Shown here: positions 1-9,339 of the stretch, in pieces | How positions within the stretch are numbered: the first letter of the stretch is position 1 | Layout: the number at the start of each line of letters is the position of its first letter | From: a virus | Lineage: Duplodnaviria; Caudoviricetes | IMG/VR virus record: IMGVR_UViG_3300010362_000088 | Coordinates: 1-27,366 of that record | Length of the DNA: 27,366 nucleotides | Direction: 5' to 3' (one strand) | The notes under the pieces: generated by a model | Database searches by the model: none | What the model saw: only the letters and a program-made list of their open reading frames with translations | What the model was told of the DNA's origin: nothing | Made by a program: the position numbers and the translations under genes

Positions 1-439
1 TGGTCGGCGCCTCGTAGCGGGCCTTGTACAGCTTCGGGGCCGAGTAGCCCCGGTTCGTCTTCTTGCCCAGCCCGGTGAAGGCCACGGTCAGGGTGCCGCC
101 CTCCTCCACCGTGCGCCCTCCGGCCCGCTTCACGGCGTCCGCGATGGCGTCCTTCATCGACGTCCCCGAGCCCTGGGCGACTTCGTAGCGGCCGCCCTTG
201 GCGAAGATCCGCCGCTGGCCGTCGTCGTCGTCGCCGTCGTGGGCGTCGGTCTGGATGGTGATGACCAGCTGCTTGCGCGGCGAGCCGTCACTCCACGTCA
301 GCGGCGTGTTGTCCTCCATCGACGTCTGCTGGGTGACCTGGCAGTCGGTGATGACCCCCGTGATTTGATCGCCCAAGTCGTCGAACTTGGCAGCCTTACC
401 GGTTCCCCCGAAGAGGAAATCTCCTACGTCATTGCTCAT
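1..439 (-). CDS. Phage ssDNA-binding-like protein (3' end outside window)
   Basis: Not in the ORF track because it runs off the left edge. Manual translation from ATG 439: MSNDVGDFLFGGTGKAAKFDDLGDQITGVITDCQVTQQTSMEDNTPLTWSDGSPRKQLVITIQTD...DDGQRRIFAKGG...GGTLTVAFTG...PKLYKARYEAP. AGGAG RBS upstream and strong GC3 bias. Resembles actinophage SSB-like proteins and lies next to an exonuclease. Confidence 0.65.
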   Translation of the reverse strand, partial: MSNDVGDFLFGGTGKAAKFDDLGDQITGVITDCQVTQQTSMEDNTPLTWSDGSPRKQLVITIQTDAHDGDDDDGQRRIFAKGGRYEVAQGSGTSMKDAIADAVKRAGGRTVEEGGTLTVAFTGLGKKTNRGYSAPKLYKARYEAPT

Positions 440-468
440 TTGAACCTTTGCTCCTGATTCATTTGTTG

Positions 469-1677
469 CTAATTGGCGAGCATGAATCCGTTGGATCGAT
501 CCATATTCGCCCGGTGCCCAGAACGGTAGATCGCCCTGGGGTCCTCGGAGGGGAAGGGGATCGAGAACTCTGCCTCGACCCGATCCAACCCATCCAAGAT
601 CTTGACCATGTCCAGTTCTGTCCACGGTCCACGTGTCGTCACGTCTTCCGGCCACGTCAGCAGGAGGCGCTGGCGAGCCAGCTTGTGGGCCCCGCAGGCC
701 CGCACCCGCTCGATGATCCAGGCGTTCATCTCCTCGCGCAGGTCGGAGGGCGCCGGGCGCCAGGCGCCCAGTTCCTCGGCCAGCAGGTTCTCGATCGGCT
801 CGGGGATCGGCAGCTCGTCGTAGAAGTCGTGGCCCGACTTCCACTTCTTGCGCCACTCCTTCACCGCCTGGGCCAGGTAGGCCCCGTAGTTGCCGATCTC
901 GATCGAGCACCACAGCAACTCGCAGCGGGCCTTGCCCACCGGCAGGTGGACCAGGATCGTCCAGCGGTCGTCGATCGCTGGCGTCGGCATCCGGCGCTCG
1001 TTGACGATGTCGTAGAGCGAGCCCAAGGCGTAGATCGCCATCTGCACCGTGTAGCCGGGCAGCGAGAAGTCGAGCTTCTGGCCCGTCTTGAGATCGCCCA
1101 CCACCAGCGTCCCCGCCACCATCTGCTCGCCCGTCGGCAGCGTCAGCGTCTTGGTCAGGCGGTAGATCCGATCGGCGGTCCCGGCCGCCCGCCAGACGTC
1201 GTTGACGATCGGTACCTCGATCATCTCCGAGACCAGCCCGTAGCGCTCGAGGCACGCCGTGTAGGCGGTCAGGTCCGGCTCGTACAGTGCCGGGGGCTCC
1301 CACGTGTCGGTCGGCGTCTCGACCCGAGCGGTCATTGCGTGCAGCCCAGTGCCCTGGTCGGCCTTCTCGTTGGCCGCCCCCTTGTCGAGCGCTTTCTCGC
1401 GCAGTTCCTTCTTGGTCTCGCGGTCCTCGTCGCGAGCTCCGGCCACGGCGATCTGCAGCGCTTTGGATTCAGCCACCCCCTGCATGGCTTTCCACAGCCT
1501 CCATTGATGGAGGGCTTCTTCGTCGTCCAGCACCTTGGCGTAGCTCGAAGGACGGGAATACCGCAGCGTCTTGGTGGAGTCCTCGGGATCGGAGACCAGG
1601 GGGGCTCCGTTGGCTCGCCGGAAGTCGTTGCGCTGCTCGTTGGCGTCGTACAACTCGTCAACGTCGATCGAGGGCAT
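469..1677 (-). CDS. PD-(D/E)XK exonuclease (Cas4/RecB-like phage nuclease), 402 aa
   Basis: Motifs GTGLH, E-x-P, AAGTADRI, VGDLKTG, QMAIYA. Start moved to ATG 1677 (MPSIDV), which has a GGAGG upstream. Confidence 0.8.
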   Translation of the reverse strand: MPSIDVDELYDANEQRNDFRRANGAPLVSDPEDSTKTLRYSRPSSYAKVLDDEEALHQWRLWKAMQGVAESKALQIAVAGARDEDRETKKELREKALDKGAANEKADQGTGLHAMTARVETPTDTWEPPALYEPDLTAYTACLERYGLVSEMIEVPIVNDVWRAAGTADRIYRLTKTLTLPTGEQMVAGTLVVGDLKTGQKLDFSLPGYTVQMAIYALGSLYDIVNERRMPTPAIDDRWTILVHLPVGKARCELLWCSIEIGNYGAYLAQAVKEWRKKWKSGHDFYDELPIPEPIENLLAEELGAWRPAPSDLREEMNAWIIERVRACGAHKLARQRLLLTWPEDVTTRGPWTELDMVKILDGLDRVEAEFSIPFPSEDPRAIYRSGHRANMDRSNGFMLAN

Positions 1678-2116
1678 TCCACGTCCTCCCCAGCTTGATG
1701 GCGGTGATGGTCGAGTGGTGGACGTCGTGGTCGGCGGCGATGGCTCTGCGACTGCGAGTGTCATGCCGGATGTCGTCGACTTCGCTCTGCGTCAACTTGT
1801 GTCGGGGACTGTGTTCGCCATCGAAGCGACGACGCTTCTTGGCGACCATGTCCTGGATGTTCTGTGCCTGCGTGCCGAGGACGAGGTGGTCGAGGTTCAC
1901 GCAGCGGCGGTTGTCGCAGGAGTGCATGATGACCTTCCCCCCGGGGATCGGACCGTTGGCTTCCTCCCAGGCCACACGGTGGGCTGAGGACATCTTCTGG
2001 TGGAGCCTGCTCCAACAGCGTCCGTAGCCGTTCTCAGCGATGAAGCCCTCGAACTCGATGCAGCGACCCAGGGCGTAGCGGGCTTCAGCCAGGTGCTTGT
2101 CGATCATCGGGTCCAT
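1658..2116 (-). CDS. HNH endonuclease 1 (HNH_3 type with C-terminal HTH)
   Basis: AHRVAWEEANGPIP...MHSCDNRRCVNLDHLVLGTQAQN, then HTH-like KLTQSEVDDIR...STITAIKLGRTW. TGATG coupling to the upstream gene (alternative start GTG 2119). Overlaps the exonuclease start by 20 nt. Confidence 0.9.
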   Translation of the reverse strand: MDPMIDKHLAEARYALGRCIEFEGFIAENGYGRCWSRLHQKMSSAHRVAWEEANGPIPGGKVIMHSCDNRRCVNLDHLVLGTQAQNIQDMVAKKRRRFDGEHSPRHKLTQSEVDDIRHDTRSRRAIAADHDVHHSTITAIKLGRTWNALDRR

Positions 2117-2298
2117 CACGACAGGCTCCCCAACAGGCGCATGGCGTAGTAGTCAGCGATCTGGCTGACCTTGGGGTCGGTGCTCTGGTCGAAGATGTCG
2201 TAGAGCATCTGGGCCAGGACCCGGGTGGTCTCGTCATCCCCGAAGCGCATGACCCGTGACAGCACGGCCAGCCAGGGGGTACCGGTGAGGGCGCTCAC
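2116..2298 (-). CDS. Hypothetical protein, 60 aa
   Basis: MSALTGTPWLAVLSRVMRFGDDETTRVLAQMLYDIFDQ...; GTGA overlap with the resolvase stop and TGATG overlap with HNH1. It is the 3' part of track ORF 2116..2649. Confidence 0.7.
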   Translation of the reverse strand: MSALTGTPWLAVLSRVMRFGDDETTRVLAQMLYDIFDQSTDPKVSQIADYYAMRLLGSLS

Positions 2299-2786
2299 GT
2301 TGCGCCTCCCCCCGGGTAGCCCGCGGCGTGCTCGGTGTGTACCGCTTGGTAGGCGTAGGCCCGAGCGATCAGTGCCGCCTCGGCCCGCCCGTCGTGCTTG
2401 ACCAACCTGAACATCGGCGCGTGCTTCGGCCACAGCTCGATGGCCAGGCGCCGCGATGCCTCCTTTGGTTTGCCGATCAACCCCATCCTCCTCTTCCACT
2501 CCGTGGGTCTCAGTGTGATCAAGGGGTGCGACAGCGCGGTCGCTGCTCCGAGGACGATCCCGTAGTTCATGCCGAGGGAGAACGAGGCGACGGTGCCGAC
2601 CTTGGGCATCGCCTGCACTCGCTCCACCACCACCATGTCGGGGAGCCATTCCTCGAAGAGTTCACCGAGCGCGCCACCATCCGCTTGACCATCCAGTACC
2701 GGCATGTCATGCACCGACTCCAGATCGCCGTGGTCGTAGACGGCCAGGGCGCCATGGATGCCGGGATCCACACCAACGAGGCGCAT
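2295..2786 (-). CDS. RuvC-like Holliday junction resolvase
   Basis: VGVDPG at the N-terminus, VVVERV, F-x-L-G-x-x-Y-G, P-x-E-W-K and DGRAEAALIA: the RuvC acidic-residue pattern. Confidence 0.9.
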   Translation of the reverse strand: MRLVGVDPGIHGALAVYDHGDLESVHDMPVLDGQADGGALGELFEEWLPDMVVVERVQAMPKVGTVASFSLGMNYGIVLGAATALSHPLITLRPTEWKRRMGLIGKPKEASRRLAIELWPKHAPMFRLVKHDGRAEAALIARAYAYQAVHTEHAAGYPGGGAT

Positions 2787-2968
2787 CAGTCCTTCGGCTC
2801 CTGCGGCTTGTAGACCCGCTCGAGGGCGTCGAGCACCAACGCGTTGGTCGAGACGTGCTGGTTCTCGGCCTCAGCTTCGAGCTGATCCTTGAACCAGAAC
2901 GGCATTCGCACGTTGAGCTGGACGCTGATCCAGCGGGGATCCTTGCGATTCACCTGTCTTGTCACCAT
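2786..2968 (-). CDS. Arc/MetJ-like ribbon-helix-helix DNA-binding protein, 60 aa
   Basis: VQLNVRMPFWFKDQLEAEAENQHVSTNALVLDALE fits the Arc-like beta-alpha-alpha pattern. ATG 2968 lies 6 nt after a consensus -10. Confidence 0.8.
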   Translation of the reverse strand: MVTRQVNRKDPRWISVQLNVRMPFWFKDQLEAEAENQHVSTNALVLDALERVYKPQEPKD

Positions 2969-2974
2969 GCAACC

Positions 2975-3003
2975 ATCATAGCAGGTAGGTAGGGTGGTGT
3001 CAA
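2975..3003 (-). promoter_or_regulatory. SigA/sigma70-type leftward promoter, leaderless
   Basis: Minus strand reads TTGACA (3003-2998), 17 bp, TATGAT (2980-2975) with an extended TG, then 6 nt and ATG. Confidence 0.85.
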
Positions 3004-3006
3004 GGT

Positions 3007-3015
3007 TGATATTCT
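3007..3015 (+). promoter_or_regulatory. Candidate extended -10 promoter for the rightward structural operon
   Basis: TGaTATTCT in the only divergent intergenic gap of this region; no good -35. Confidence 0.4.
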
Positions 3016-3026
3016 CTACCACCCAC

Positions 3027-3044
3027 CTATTCCTCGGGGAATAG
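3027..3044. promoter_or_regulatory. 18-bp palindrome, copy 1 (CTATTCC tcgg GGAATAG)
   Basis: Perfect 7-bp arms upstream of the small terminase; recurs at 11806 and 21494. Confidence 0.65.
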
Positions 3045-3065
3045 ATGGGCCATACTTGTCCCTCG

Positions 3066-3497
3066 ATGGGAGAGCGGATCCCCCTCGCCACTGATCATCG
3101 CAAGCAGCGGTTCTTGGACTGGCTGTGCACGATCAAGGAGGACCGCGATCCGCCCAATCAATACGAGTTGGCTCCCATGCTCGGCGTCCACCCCCAGGCA
3201 TTGGTGAAGTGGAAGCAGGATCCCGAGTTCCTGGAGGAATGGCAGCGGCGCTACCGCAAGACCGTCGGTAGCCCGGAGCGAATGCAACGGGTGCTCGACC
3301 AGCTCTACGAGACCGCCACCGATCGCACCGATCCCCGCCAGGTGGCCGCGGCCAAGGAGTACCGATTGGCTGTCGAGGGTGTCGCCCCCACCCGCGTCGA
3401 TGTCTCGGTCAACGCCCGCGAGCTCAGCGATGTCGAGCTCGCGGAATTGATTGCCGAGACCGCGGCCCGGGAGGCAGTGGCACGCGATGACGTTTAA
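3066..3497 (+). CDS. Putative terminase small subunit (HTH protein)
   Basis: HTH-like [25 protein letters not shown] followed by a helical region; first gene of the packaging operon. Alternative start ATG 3045. Confidence 0.65.
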   Translation: MGERIPLATDHRKQRFLDWLCTIKEDRDPPNQYELAPMLGVHPQALVKWKQDPEFLEEWQRRYRKTVGSPERMQRVLDQLYETATDRTDPRQVAAAKEYRLAVEGVAPTRVDVSVNARELSDVELAELIAETAAREAVARDDV

Positions 3498-4326
3498 CGG
3501 CCAGAGCGGTTACCAACCCCAGACTCGGTCGTCTTCGGCGCGGCGGGCTGACTTCGACCTCCAGCGACGGCTCGCCATCTTGGAGCACGGTGGTGGTGGC
3601 GCTATCCAGTATCCCTATCGCTGGTCGAACCAGACCGCGATGGTTGATCCCGGTCATGGCTACATCCGGGCTGCTGGCGTTGACTACACCACGGTCACGA
3701 TGCTGGCTATCTCGTTGTATGACCTGAACGAAGCAGCGCATCCCGGCGTGCTGCAGCAACAGGCCGGGGACGAGATCGTGATCTACGAAGGCGACGATCT
3801 CGGCCACGCCATCAAGTACAGGCTGACCGCGGCACCGACCAACAACAACAACTCGTGGCTGCAGTTGGCGGTGTCCTTCTCGAGCCAGTCCACCGCCGGG
3901 TTCAGCCCGTCCAACAACGCCATGGTGCAACTCGGGCTGCGGACCGCGGGCACTGGGGCCCAGGGGCCACAGGGTCCTGCTGGTCCTCAGGGACCGCCTG
4001 GTGCGACCGGCGACACCGGGGCGACGGGCCCGGCAGGTCCAACGGGAGCAACTGGGCCTGTCGGGCCCATGGGGCCAGCGGGCCCTCAGGGTCCACAGGG
4101 TGCGGCGGGATCTGGCCAGCGTTTCGCCGTCAACTGTGCGGCAGCAACCTCGACAGTTGTTGCCCACAACTTCGCCACCAGGGACGTGGTCGTCAACGTG
4201 TATCGCATGACGACGCCGTGGGACACGGTCGAGACCGATGTTGAACGCACCGACATCAACACGGTGACCGTCCGCTTCACCACCGCTCCGGCCGCCGGGG
4301 CCTATCGGATCGTGGTGTTGGCATGA
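3487..4326 (+). CDS. Collagen-like virion fibre protein
   Basis: 18 G-X-Y triplets (3955-4116) between an N-terminal beta-rich domain and a C-terminal [13 protein letters not shown]...TVTVRF domain. GGAGG upstream of ATG 3487. Confidence 0.75.
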   Translation: MTFNGQSGYQPQTRSSSARRADFDLQRRLAILEHGGGGAIQYPYRWSNQTAMVDPGHGYIRAAGVDYTTVTMLAISLYDLNEAAHPGVLQQQAGDEIVIYEGDDLGHAIKYRLTAAPTNNNNSWLQLAVSFSSQSTAGFSPSNNAMVQLGLRTAGTGAQGPQGPAGPQGPPGATGDTGATGPAGPTGATGPVGPMGPAGPQGPQGAAGSGQRFAVNCAAATSTVVAHNFATRDVVVNVYRMTTPWDTVETDVERTDINTVTVRFTTAPAAGAYRIVVLA

Positions 4327-5165
4327 GTCGTCAGTTCCAGACCGGGATCAGCGGCCCACCCAACAACGGCGACCTCGTTGTGCAACCACAGGGCGGTCGG
4401 GTGGTGATCGGCAACAACGGGGCCCAGTTGCCTTCGGGCGTCTACACCACTCTCGATCTGCGCAGCAAGGACGAGTACGGCTACGGACCGGTCGTCAACC
4501 TGTACCTCGGTGGGTCGTTCCAAGCAATGGGGTCGATGAGTACCGGACCCGATGGGTTCTACGTTCAGGCCGGTCCGTCGAACACCGACTTGGTGTTGCA
4601 GGGTGCTCGCAGCACGATCATTCGTTCCCCCAGCGCGGTGCGCTTCACAGTCACCGATACTGCGGCCACCAGCACCGTGCCGGTCGTGCTCCCGGCCGAT
4701 CCGAGCACTGCTTTGCAGGCGGCAACCAAGCAGTACGTGGATGCGCGCAACGGCGCCCTCGGTATCATCGCTGTCGGTAGTGGCAATGGTGGCGCCCCGA
4801 CGTCGATTGGTGGTCCTGGTGTGTGGGGTACCGTGACCAACACGCTCAACGCCCACCTCAACGTGGGGCGGCGCTACCGGGTGTTCTTCTGCTGTCGAGC
4901 CGTCTCGACCGGCAACGGTGCCGCCGCTGATTCCGGCGTGCGTCTCAGCATCAATCCGAGTACTCCGTGGGGTGAGCGCCATTTCTACGTTGCCGGGATA
5001 TTTGAGGGGTTCAGCCAGCAGTGGGTTCTCGATGGTGACAATACTGATCATGCCTTCAATGTGGTGATGCAGTCGTCAAACGCTCGCTTGGATGTCTACA
5101 CCGACAACCAGTCGTATCCCGGCGCCACCCTGTTCTACGTCGAGGACGTTGGACCGAACACGTAA
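4323..5165 (+). CDS. Putative minor virion/fibre protein
   Basis: ATGA-coupled to the previous gene; Gly/Thr/Val-rich; carries the fibre-type motif [18 protein letters not shown]. Confidence 0.6.
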   Translation: MSRQFQTGISGPPNNGDLVVQPQGGRVVIGNNGAQLPSGVYTTLDLRSKDEYGYGPVVNLYLGGSFQAMGSMSTGPDGFYVQAGPSNTDLVLQGARSTIIRSPSAVRFTVTDTAATSTVPVVLPADPSTALQAATKQYVDARNGALGIIAVGSGNGGAPTSIGGPGVWGTVTNTLNAHLNVGRRYRVFFCCRAVSTGNGAAADSGVRLSINPSTPWGERHFYVAGIFEGFSQQWVLDGDNTDHAFNVVMQSSNARLDVYTDNQSYPGATLFYVEDVGPNT

Positions 5166-6814
5166 TGGACATCAACGATCTCCTCCAAGAACGTGAATGG
5201 CGTAAGTGTGCTCCCCGGGAGGGGGCTACGCCCGAAGAACAGCTCGAGGCATTCCGGTATTTCTGCCTGACGTACTGGTACATCAAGCACCCGGAGCGTG
5301 GTCGGATCCGTTTCGACCTGTTCGATTCCCAGGTGGAGTCAGTTGATTTGTGGATGCGATCGCGTTACTCGCTGATGCTGAAGGCTCGTCAGCTCGGCTT
5401 CTCCACCCTCGTCGCCACCTACGCGTTCTGGCTCAGCTTCTTCTACAGCGACAAGGTCGTCATTATGTTGTCGCGTACCGAGCGCGACGCCATCAAGTTG
5501 CTGCAGAAGGCGAAGTACGGCTACCGGTTCCTGCCCGACTGGATGAAGTTCCGCGGCCCGCCGTCGAACTTCACCCAGACGAAGATGGAGTTCGCCAATG
5601 AGAGCTACATCGAGTCGCTGCCCAGCGCAAGTGATCCTGCTCGTGGCGAGTCGGTGTATCTCGCTGTGGTTGACGAGCTGGCCTACCTGCCCAACTCGGA
5701 CGAGGCGTGGGCCTCGATCGAGCCGATCGCTGATGTCGGTGGTCGGGTCATCGCCCTGTCGACGGCCAACGGTGAGGGCAACCTGTTCCACAAGCTGTGG
5801 GTGGGGGCGACCACGGGTCACAACCGTTTCGCGTCGATGTTCCACCCGTGGTGGGTCAACGGGCGCGACGAAGCCTGGTACGAGACCAAGAAGGCCGACC
5901 TGCCGGAGTGGCAGATGGCCCAGGAGTACCCGGATAACCCGGAAGATGCCTTCCTCAAGTCGGGCCGTCCGGTCTTCTCGCTCCAGGTCCTGCGCAAGAT
6001 CGAGCCCGCCCCGCCGGTGAAGCGAGGCTTCTTGGAGAAGTACCGCTCCTGGCAATTCCTCGAGCAGGACGATGGGCCGCTGCGGATCTGGTCGTTCCCC
6101 TACCCCGAGGGCCGCTACGTCATCGGCGCCGACCCGGCCGAGGGGATGGAGCACGGTGACTTCACCAGCGCCCACGTGATCAACGCCCGCAACGGCGAGG
6201 TGGTGGCCCACTGGCACGGGCGCATCGACCCCGATCTGTTCGGCACTGACGTGCTGGCCCCGCTCGGTCGCTGGTACGGCGACGCCCTGATCGGCGTGGA
6301 GAACAACAACCACGGCTTGACCAGCCTCACCGCCCTGCGCCGGGCCCGTTACCACCCCCTGTACATGCAGCGTTCGCCCCGCTACAAGCGCTCGGTACCG
6401 ACCCAGATCATGGGCTACCGGACCTCGCAGGTGACCAAGCCGATCATGATGGACGAGCTCAACCAGGGCCTGCGCGACGGATCGCTGCGGTTGTGGGATG
6501 CCGAGACCCTGGCCGAGCTACGGACCTTCGTCCGCAACGATGCCAACAAGATGACCGGCTCACCCTTCGACGACCGCGTCATCAGCCTGGCCATCGCCAA
6601 CCAGATGCTCCACCATGTCTGGTTGAAGGAGTACCAGCCTCAGCGCGAGCCGGGGCCGGGGACGATGGGATGGATGGAGCGTCAGCTCTACGGCGACATG
6701 CCGCTCGAGCAGGACGCGCCGGGGATGCGCTTCGGGGAACCGAAGGCGATCGGGGAGCGCTGGGTGCGTGACCCTAACTATGTGATCAAACCCAAGTACC
6801 GGGAGGGAGCATGA
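5165..6814 (+). CDS. terL: Terminase large subunit
   Basis: Walker A-like LKARQLGFST, Walker B AVVDE, coupling motif LSTANG, nuclease motifs IGADPAEG...GDFT and DDRVISLAIA. Confidence 0.95.
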   Translation: MDINDLLQEREWRKCAPREGATPEEQLEAFRYFCLTYWYIKHPERGRIRFDLFDSQVESVDLWMRSRYSLMLKARQLGFSTLVATYAFWLSFFYSDKVVIMLSRTERDAIKLLQKAKYGYRFLPDWMKFRGPPSNFTQTKMEFANESYIESLPSASDPARGESVYLAVVDELAYLPNSDEAWASIEPIADVGGRVIALSTANGEGNLFHKLWVGATTGHNRFASMFHPWWVNGRDEAWYETKKADLPEWQMAQEYPDNPEDAFLKSGRPVFSLQVLRKIEPAPPVKRGFLEKYRSWQFLEQDDGPLRIWSFPYPEGRYVIGADPAEGMEHGDFTSAHVINARNGEVVAHWHGRIDPDLFGTDVLAPLGRWYGDALIGVENNNHGLTSLTALRRARYHPLYMQRSPRYKRSVPTQIMGYRTSQVTKPIMMDELNQGLRDGSLRLWDAETLAELRTFVRNDANKMTGSPFDDRVISLAIANQMLHHVWLKEYQPQREPGPGTMGWMERQLYGDMPLEQDAPGMRFGEPKAIGERWVRDPNYVIKPKYREGA

Positions 6815-7158
6815 CGTCTCGACTCGACCTGCAACGACCGCCAGCGACGGGGCGCTTCACCAAGCGCAATCCCAACGTCCGCTACTACGTGCGGGGCTAC
6901 GACTACACGCCCCACCCGACGTGGGGCGAGGCCCAGGGCAGCACCTACGTGCCGCCCAAGAACAAGGCGACCAACGGCGTCGTCTACCCGGCGGACCCCA
7001 ATGTCACTGCCTCCGATGCTCCCAACGCGGCGAAGTTGGTCGGCTTGGGCTACGTGGCCTCGCCCCAGACCAACTGGACGACTGGCCAGAAGATCACCAT
7101 CGGCACGTTCAATTTCAACTGGACGGGCAGTGCCTGGGCGGCAGGGATCCACGCGTGA
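6811..7158 (+). CDS. Hypothetical protein, possible virion decoration domain
   Basis: ATGA-coupled with GGAG RBS. C-terminal WTTGQ...FNWTGSAWAAG resembles a small Trp-rich module of actinophage structural proteins. Confidence 0.6.
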   Translation: MTSRLDLQRPPATGRFTKRNPNVRYYVRGYDYTPHPTWGEAQGSTYVPPKNKATNGVVYPADPNVTASDAPNAAKLVGLGYVASPQTNWTTGQKITIGTFNFNWTGSAWAAGIHA

Positions 7159-7376
7159 TCTGCATCGACTGCGGGATCAAGGAGGCCGAGACCCAATCGG
7201 ATACATGCTTCCGCTGTCGAGTCGCGACCGTCGGGTTCGGCTTCCGTGGTGGCGGCTTCCTCTACGGACGGCACAACTTCTCCGAACGCACCAACGCCGA
7301 GTTCTTGAACGAGCACGTCGGTGAGGTCCGCGACAACAAGCGCTACGCGCACTTGGGGAGTCAAGAATGGCGATGA
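7155..7376 (+). CDS. Small zinc-finger-like protein, 73 aa
   Basis: GTG start in a GTGA overlap; MICIDC...TCFRCR gives two CxxC pairs. It is the 3' part of track ORF 6921..7376. Confidence 0.65.
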   Translation: MICIDCGIKEAETQSDTCFRCRVATVGFGFRGGGFLYGRHNFSERTNAEFLNEHVGEVRDNKRYAHLGSQEWR

Positions 7377-9277
7377 AGCAGTCGGCGCTCCTGAAGCTGA
7401 TGCGCGACGAGATCAAACGATCGAAGCGCTGGCGCTCCCAGGAAGAGTACGAGGACGACTGGAAGCGCTACATCGACCTGTACAAGGGCAGGCAGTACGA
7501 CCAGAACGTGGCAGGCGATAAGCTCATCGTCAACCTGGTGTTCTCGACGATCAACACGATGGCCCCGTCGGTTGCCGTCAACAACCCGAAGTTCGTGGTC
7601 AACGCCCGCAAGCCCGATACCGCACCACAGGCCGTGATCACCGAAGAAGTCTTGAACTACGTCTGGCAGACCTACAAATACCAGGACGAGTTCCGCTTGG
7701 CCGTCAACGATTGGTTGGTCGTCGGCCACGGCTGGGTGAAGTGTGGCTACAAGTTCGTCAAGCCACCCGAGGAGAAGCTCTCCGACGCCCAACAGGGCAG
7801 CGATCCTGACTCCGGCGCCAACTACGGTATCGATGACCGCGACGACGTAGCAGGCAACGTCGAGTCAGAGATGAACGTCTACGACGATCGACCGTTCATC
7901 GAGCGCATCTCGATCTTCGACATGTTCGTCGACCCCGATGCTCGCCACCCCAAGGAGATGGCCTGGATTGCTCAGCGCACGTGGCGTCCGATCCAGGACG
8001 TGCAGGTCGATGACCGCTACTCCGCGACAGCCCGCAAGAAAGTCTCGGCCAAGTCGTGGAGTCGTTGGTCGGATTCCGAGGGCGACTCTGATGCCCGCGA
8101 CGACAAGCCCGACAAGGGAGCCCGCAGCTATTGCGAGATCATCGAGTACTACGACATCAAGCGGCGCATCGTGGCGACCTTCGCCCTCGACTCCGAGGAC
8201 ACCGGCGAGGAATCGGGATTCCTGATCAAGCCCCGCCCGATGCCCTACGCGATGGGTCAGCCCTTCGTGATGATGCGCAACTACGAGGTGGCCGATCACT
8301 TCTACCCGCTGGGTGATGTGTGCCAGATCGAGTCCCTGCAGCTCGAGCTCAACCAGACTCGCTCCCAGATGATGAACCACCGCAAGCGGTTCCAGCGTAA
8401 GTGGATCTACGAGCGTGACGCCTTCGACCGCGATGGCATCCAGGCTCTCGAGTCCGACATCGACAACACGATGATCCCGGCGATGTCGGACGGGAACTTG
8501 GACAAGACGATCATCGCCATGCCCGCGGTGATCACGCCCTCGGAGTTCTACGACCAGTCGGGGTTGATCACCCAGGACATCGACCGGGTCTCGGGGGTCA
8601 GCGACTACCAACGCGGGGCAGGCCAGACAGCGATCAAGCGCACCGCCACCGAGGCGGCGATGATCCAAGACGCCGCCAACTCTCGGGCCCAGGATCGCTT
8701 GGCCAAGATCGAGTCGATCCTGTCCCAGCTCGGGGAGCGGGTGATCGGCTTGATGCAGCAGTTCATGACCGGCGAGCAGGTGGCCCGCATCGTTACCATG
8801 CCGGGCAAGAACTGGGTCACCTACGACGCCGAGTTCATCCAGGGCGAGTTCGACTACAGCGTGCAGGCGGGCTCGACCGAGCCCCAGAACGAGACGTTCC
8901 GGCGCCAGTCGGCATTGCAGTTGGTCGATAGCTCGATGCCGTTCCTGCAGATGGGCGTGGCCAACCCGGTGACCCTCTACATGCACGTGCTGCAGAAGGG
9001 CTTCGGGGTCAAGGACGCCTCGATGTTCATCATGCCCAACAAGATCACCGGTGGCGGTCAGCCCCAAGAGGGCGATCCCACTGCCCAGCCCCAGGATGTC
9101 AACGCTCCTGGGCAGGGTGGCCCGTCGATGGATCCCAACCAGCAACAGCAGATGGCTGCCTTGCCGCCTGCCGGGGGTCAGCAGCCGCCAGCGCCCGAGG
9201 CGGCTGCGGCCCCGGCCACCATGGGGCCACGGGAGATGGCAGCGATGTCGATGAGCAATGGTGCCCCCGTGCCCTAG
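7367..9277 (+). CDS. Portal protein (P22/podovirus-like)
   Basis: 636 aa, downstream of TerL. Motifs DMFVDPDA, LQLELNQTRSQ, IDRVSGVSDYQRG...TATEA and a Gln/Pro-rich C-terminal tail. Confidence 0.9.
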   Translation: MAMKQSALLKLMRDEIKRSKRWRSQEEYEDDWKRYIDLYKGRQYDQNVAGDKLIVNLVFSTINTMAPSVAVNNPKFVVNARKPDTAPQAVITEEVLNYVWQTYKYQDEFRLAVNDWLVVGHGWVKCGYKFVKPPEEKLSDAQQGSDPDSGANYGIDDRDDVAGNVESEMNVYDDRPFIERISIFDMFVDPDARHPKEMAWIAQRTWRPIQDVQVDDRYSATARKKVSAKSWSRWSDSEGDSDARDDKPDKGARSYCEIIEYYDIKRRIVATFALDSEDTGEESGFLIKPRPMPYAMGQPFVMMRNYEVADHFYPLGDVCQIESLQLELNQTRSQMMNHRKRFQRKWIYERDAFDRDGIQALESDIDNTMIPAMSDGNLDKTIIAMPAVITPSEFYDQSGLITQDIDRVSGVSDYQRGAGQTAIKRTATEAAMIQDAANSRAQDRLAKIESILSQLGERVIGLMQQFMTGEQVARIVTMPGKNWVTYDAEFIQGEFDYSVQAGSTEPQNETFRRQSALQLVDSSMPFLQMGVANPVTLYMHVLQKGFGVKDASMFIMPNKITGGGQPQEGDPTAQPQDVNAPGQGGPSMDPNQQQQMAALPPAGGQQPPAPEAAAAPATMGPREMAAMSMSNGAPVP

Positions 9278-9339
9278 ACCACACTGGGTGACGTGGTGTT
9301 TACTACCAAACGACAGGAGCACACCCAGGAGGAACTCCG

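Noticed and set aside
469-1677. Cas4-like nuclease as evidence of a CRISPR system
   Set aside because: No repeat-spacer array or other cas genes seen; stand-alone nucleases of this type are common in phages.
448-1698. 416-aa plus-strand ORF and other long antisense ORFs (7865..9457, 18166..19557, 20845..22398, 22528..23598)
   Set aside because: Shadow frames opposite genes with clear motifs; expected in high-GC3 DNA and have no recognisable domains.
3027-3044. Palindromes as intrinsic terminators or FRT-like sites
   Set aside because: No U-tract follows any copy; the resemblance to FRT is limited to a few bases and no recombinase is present in the window.
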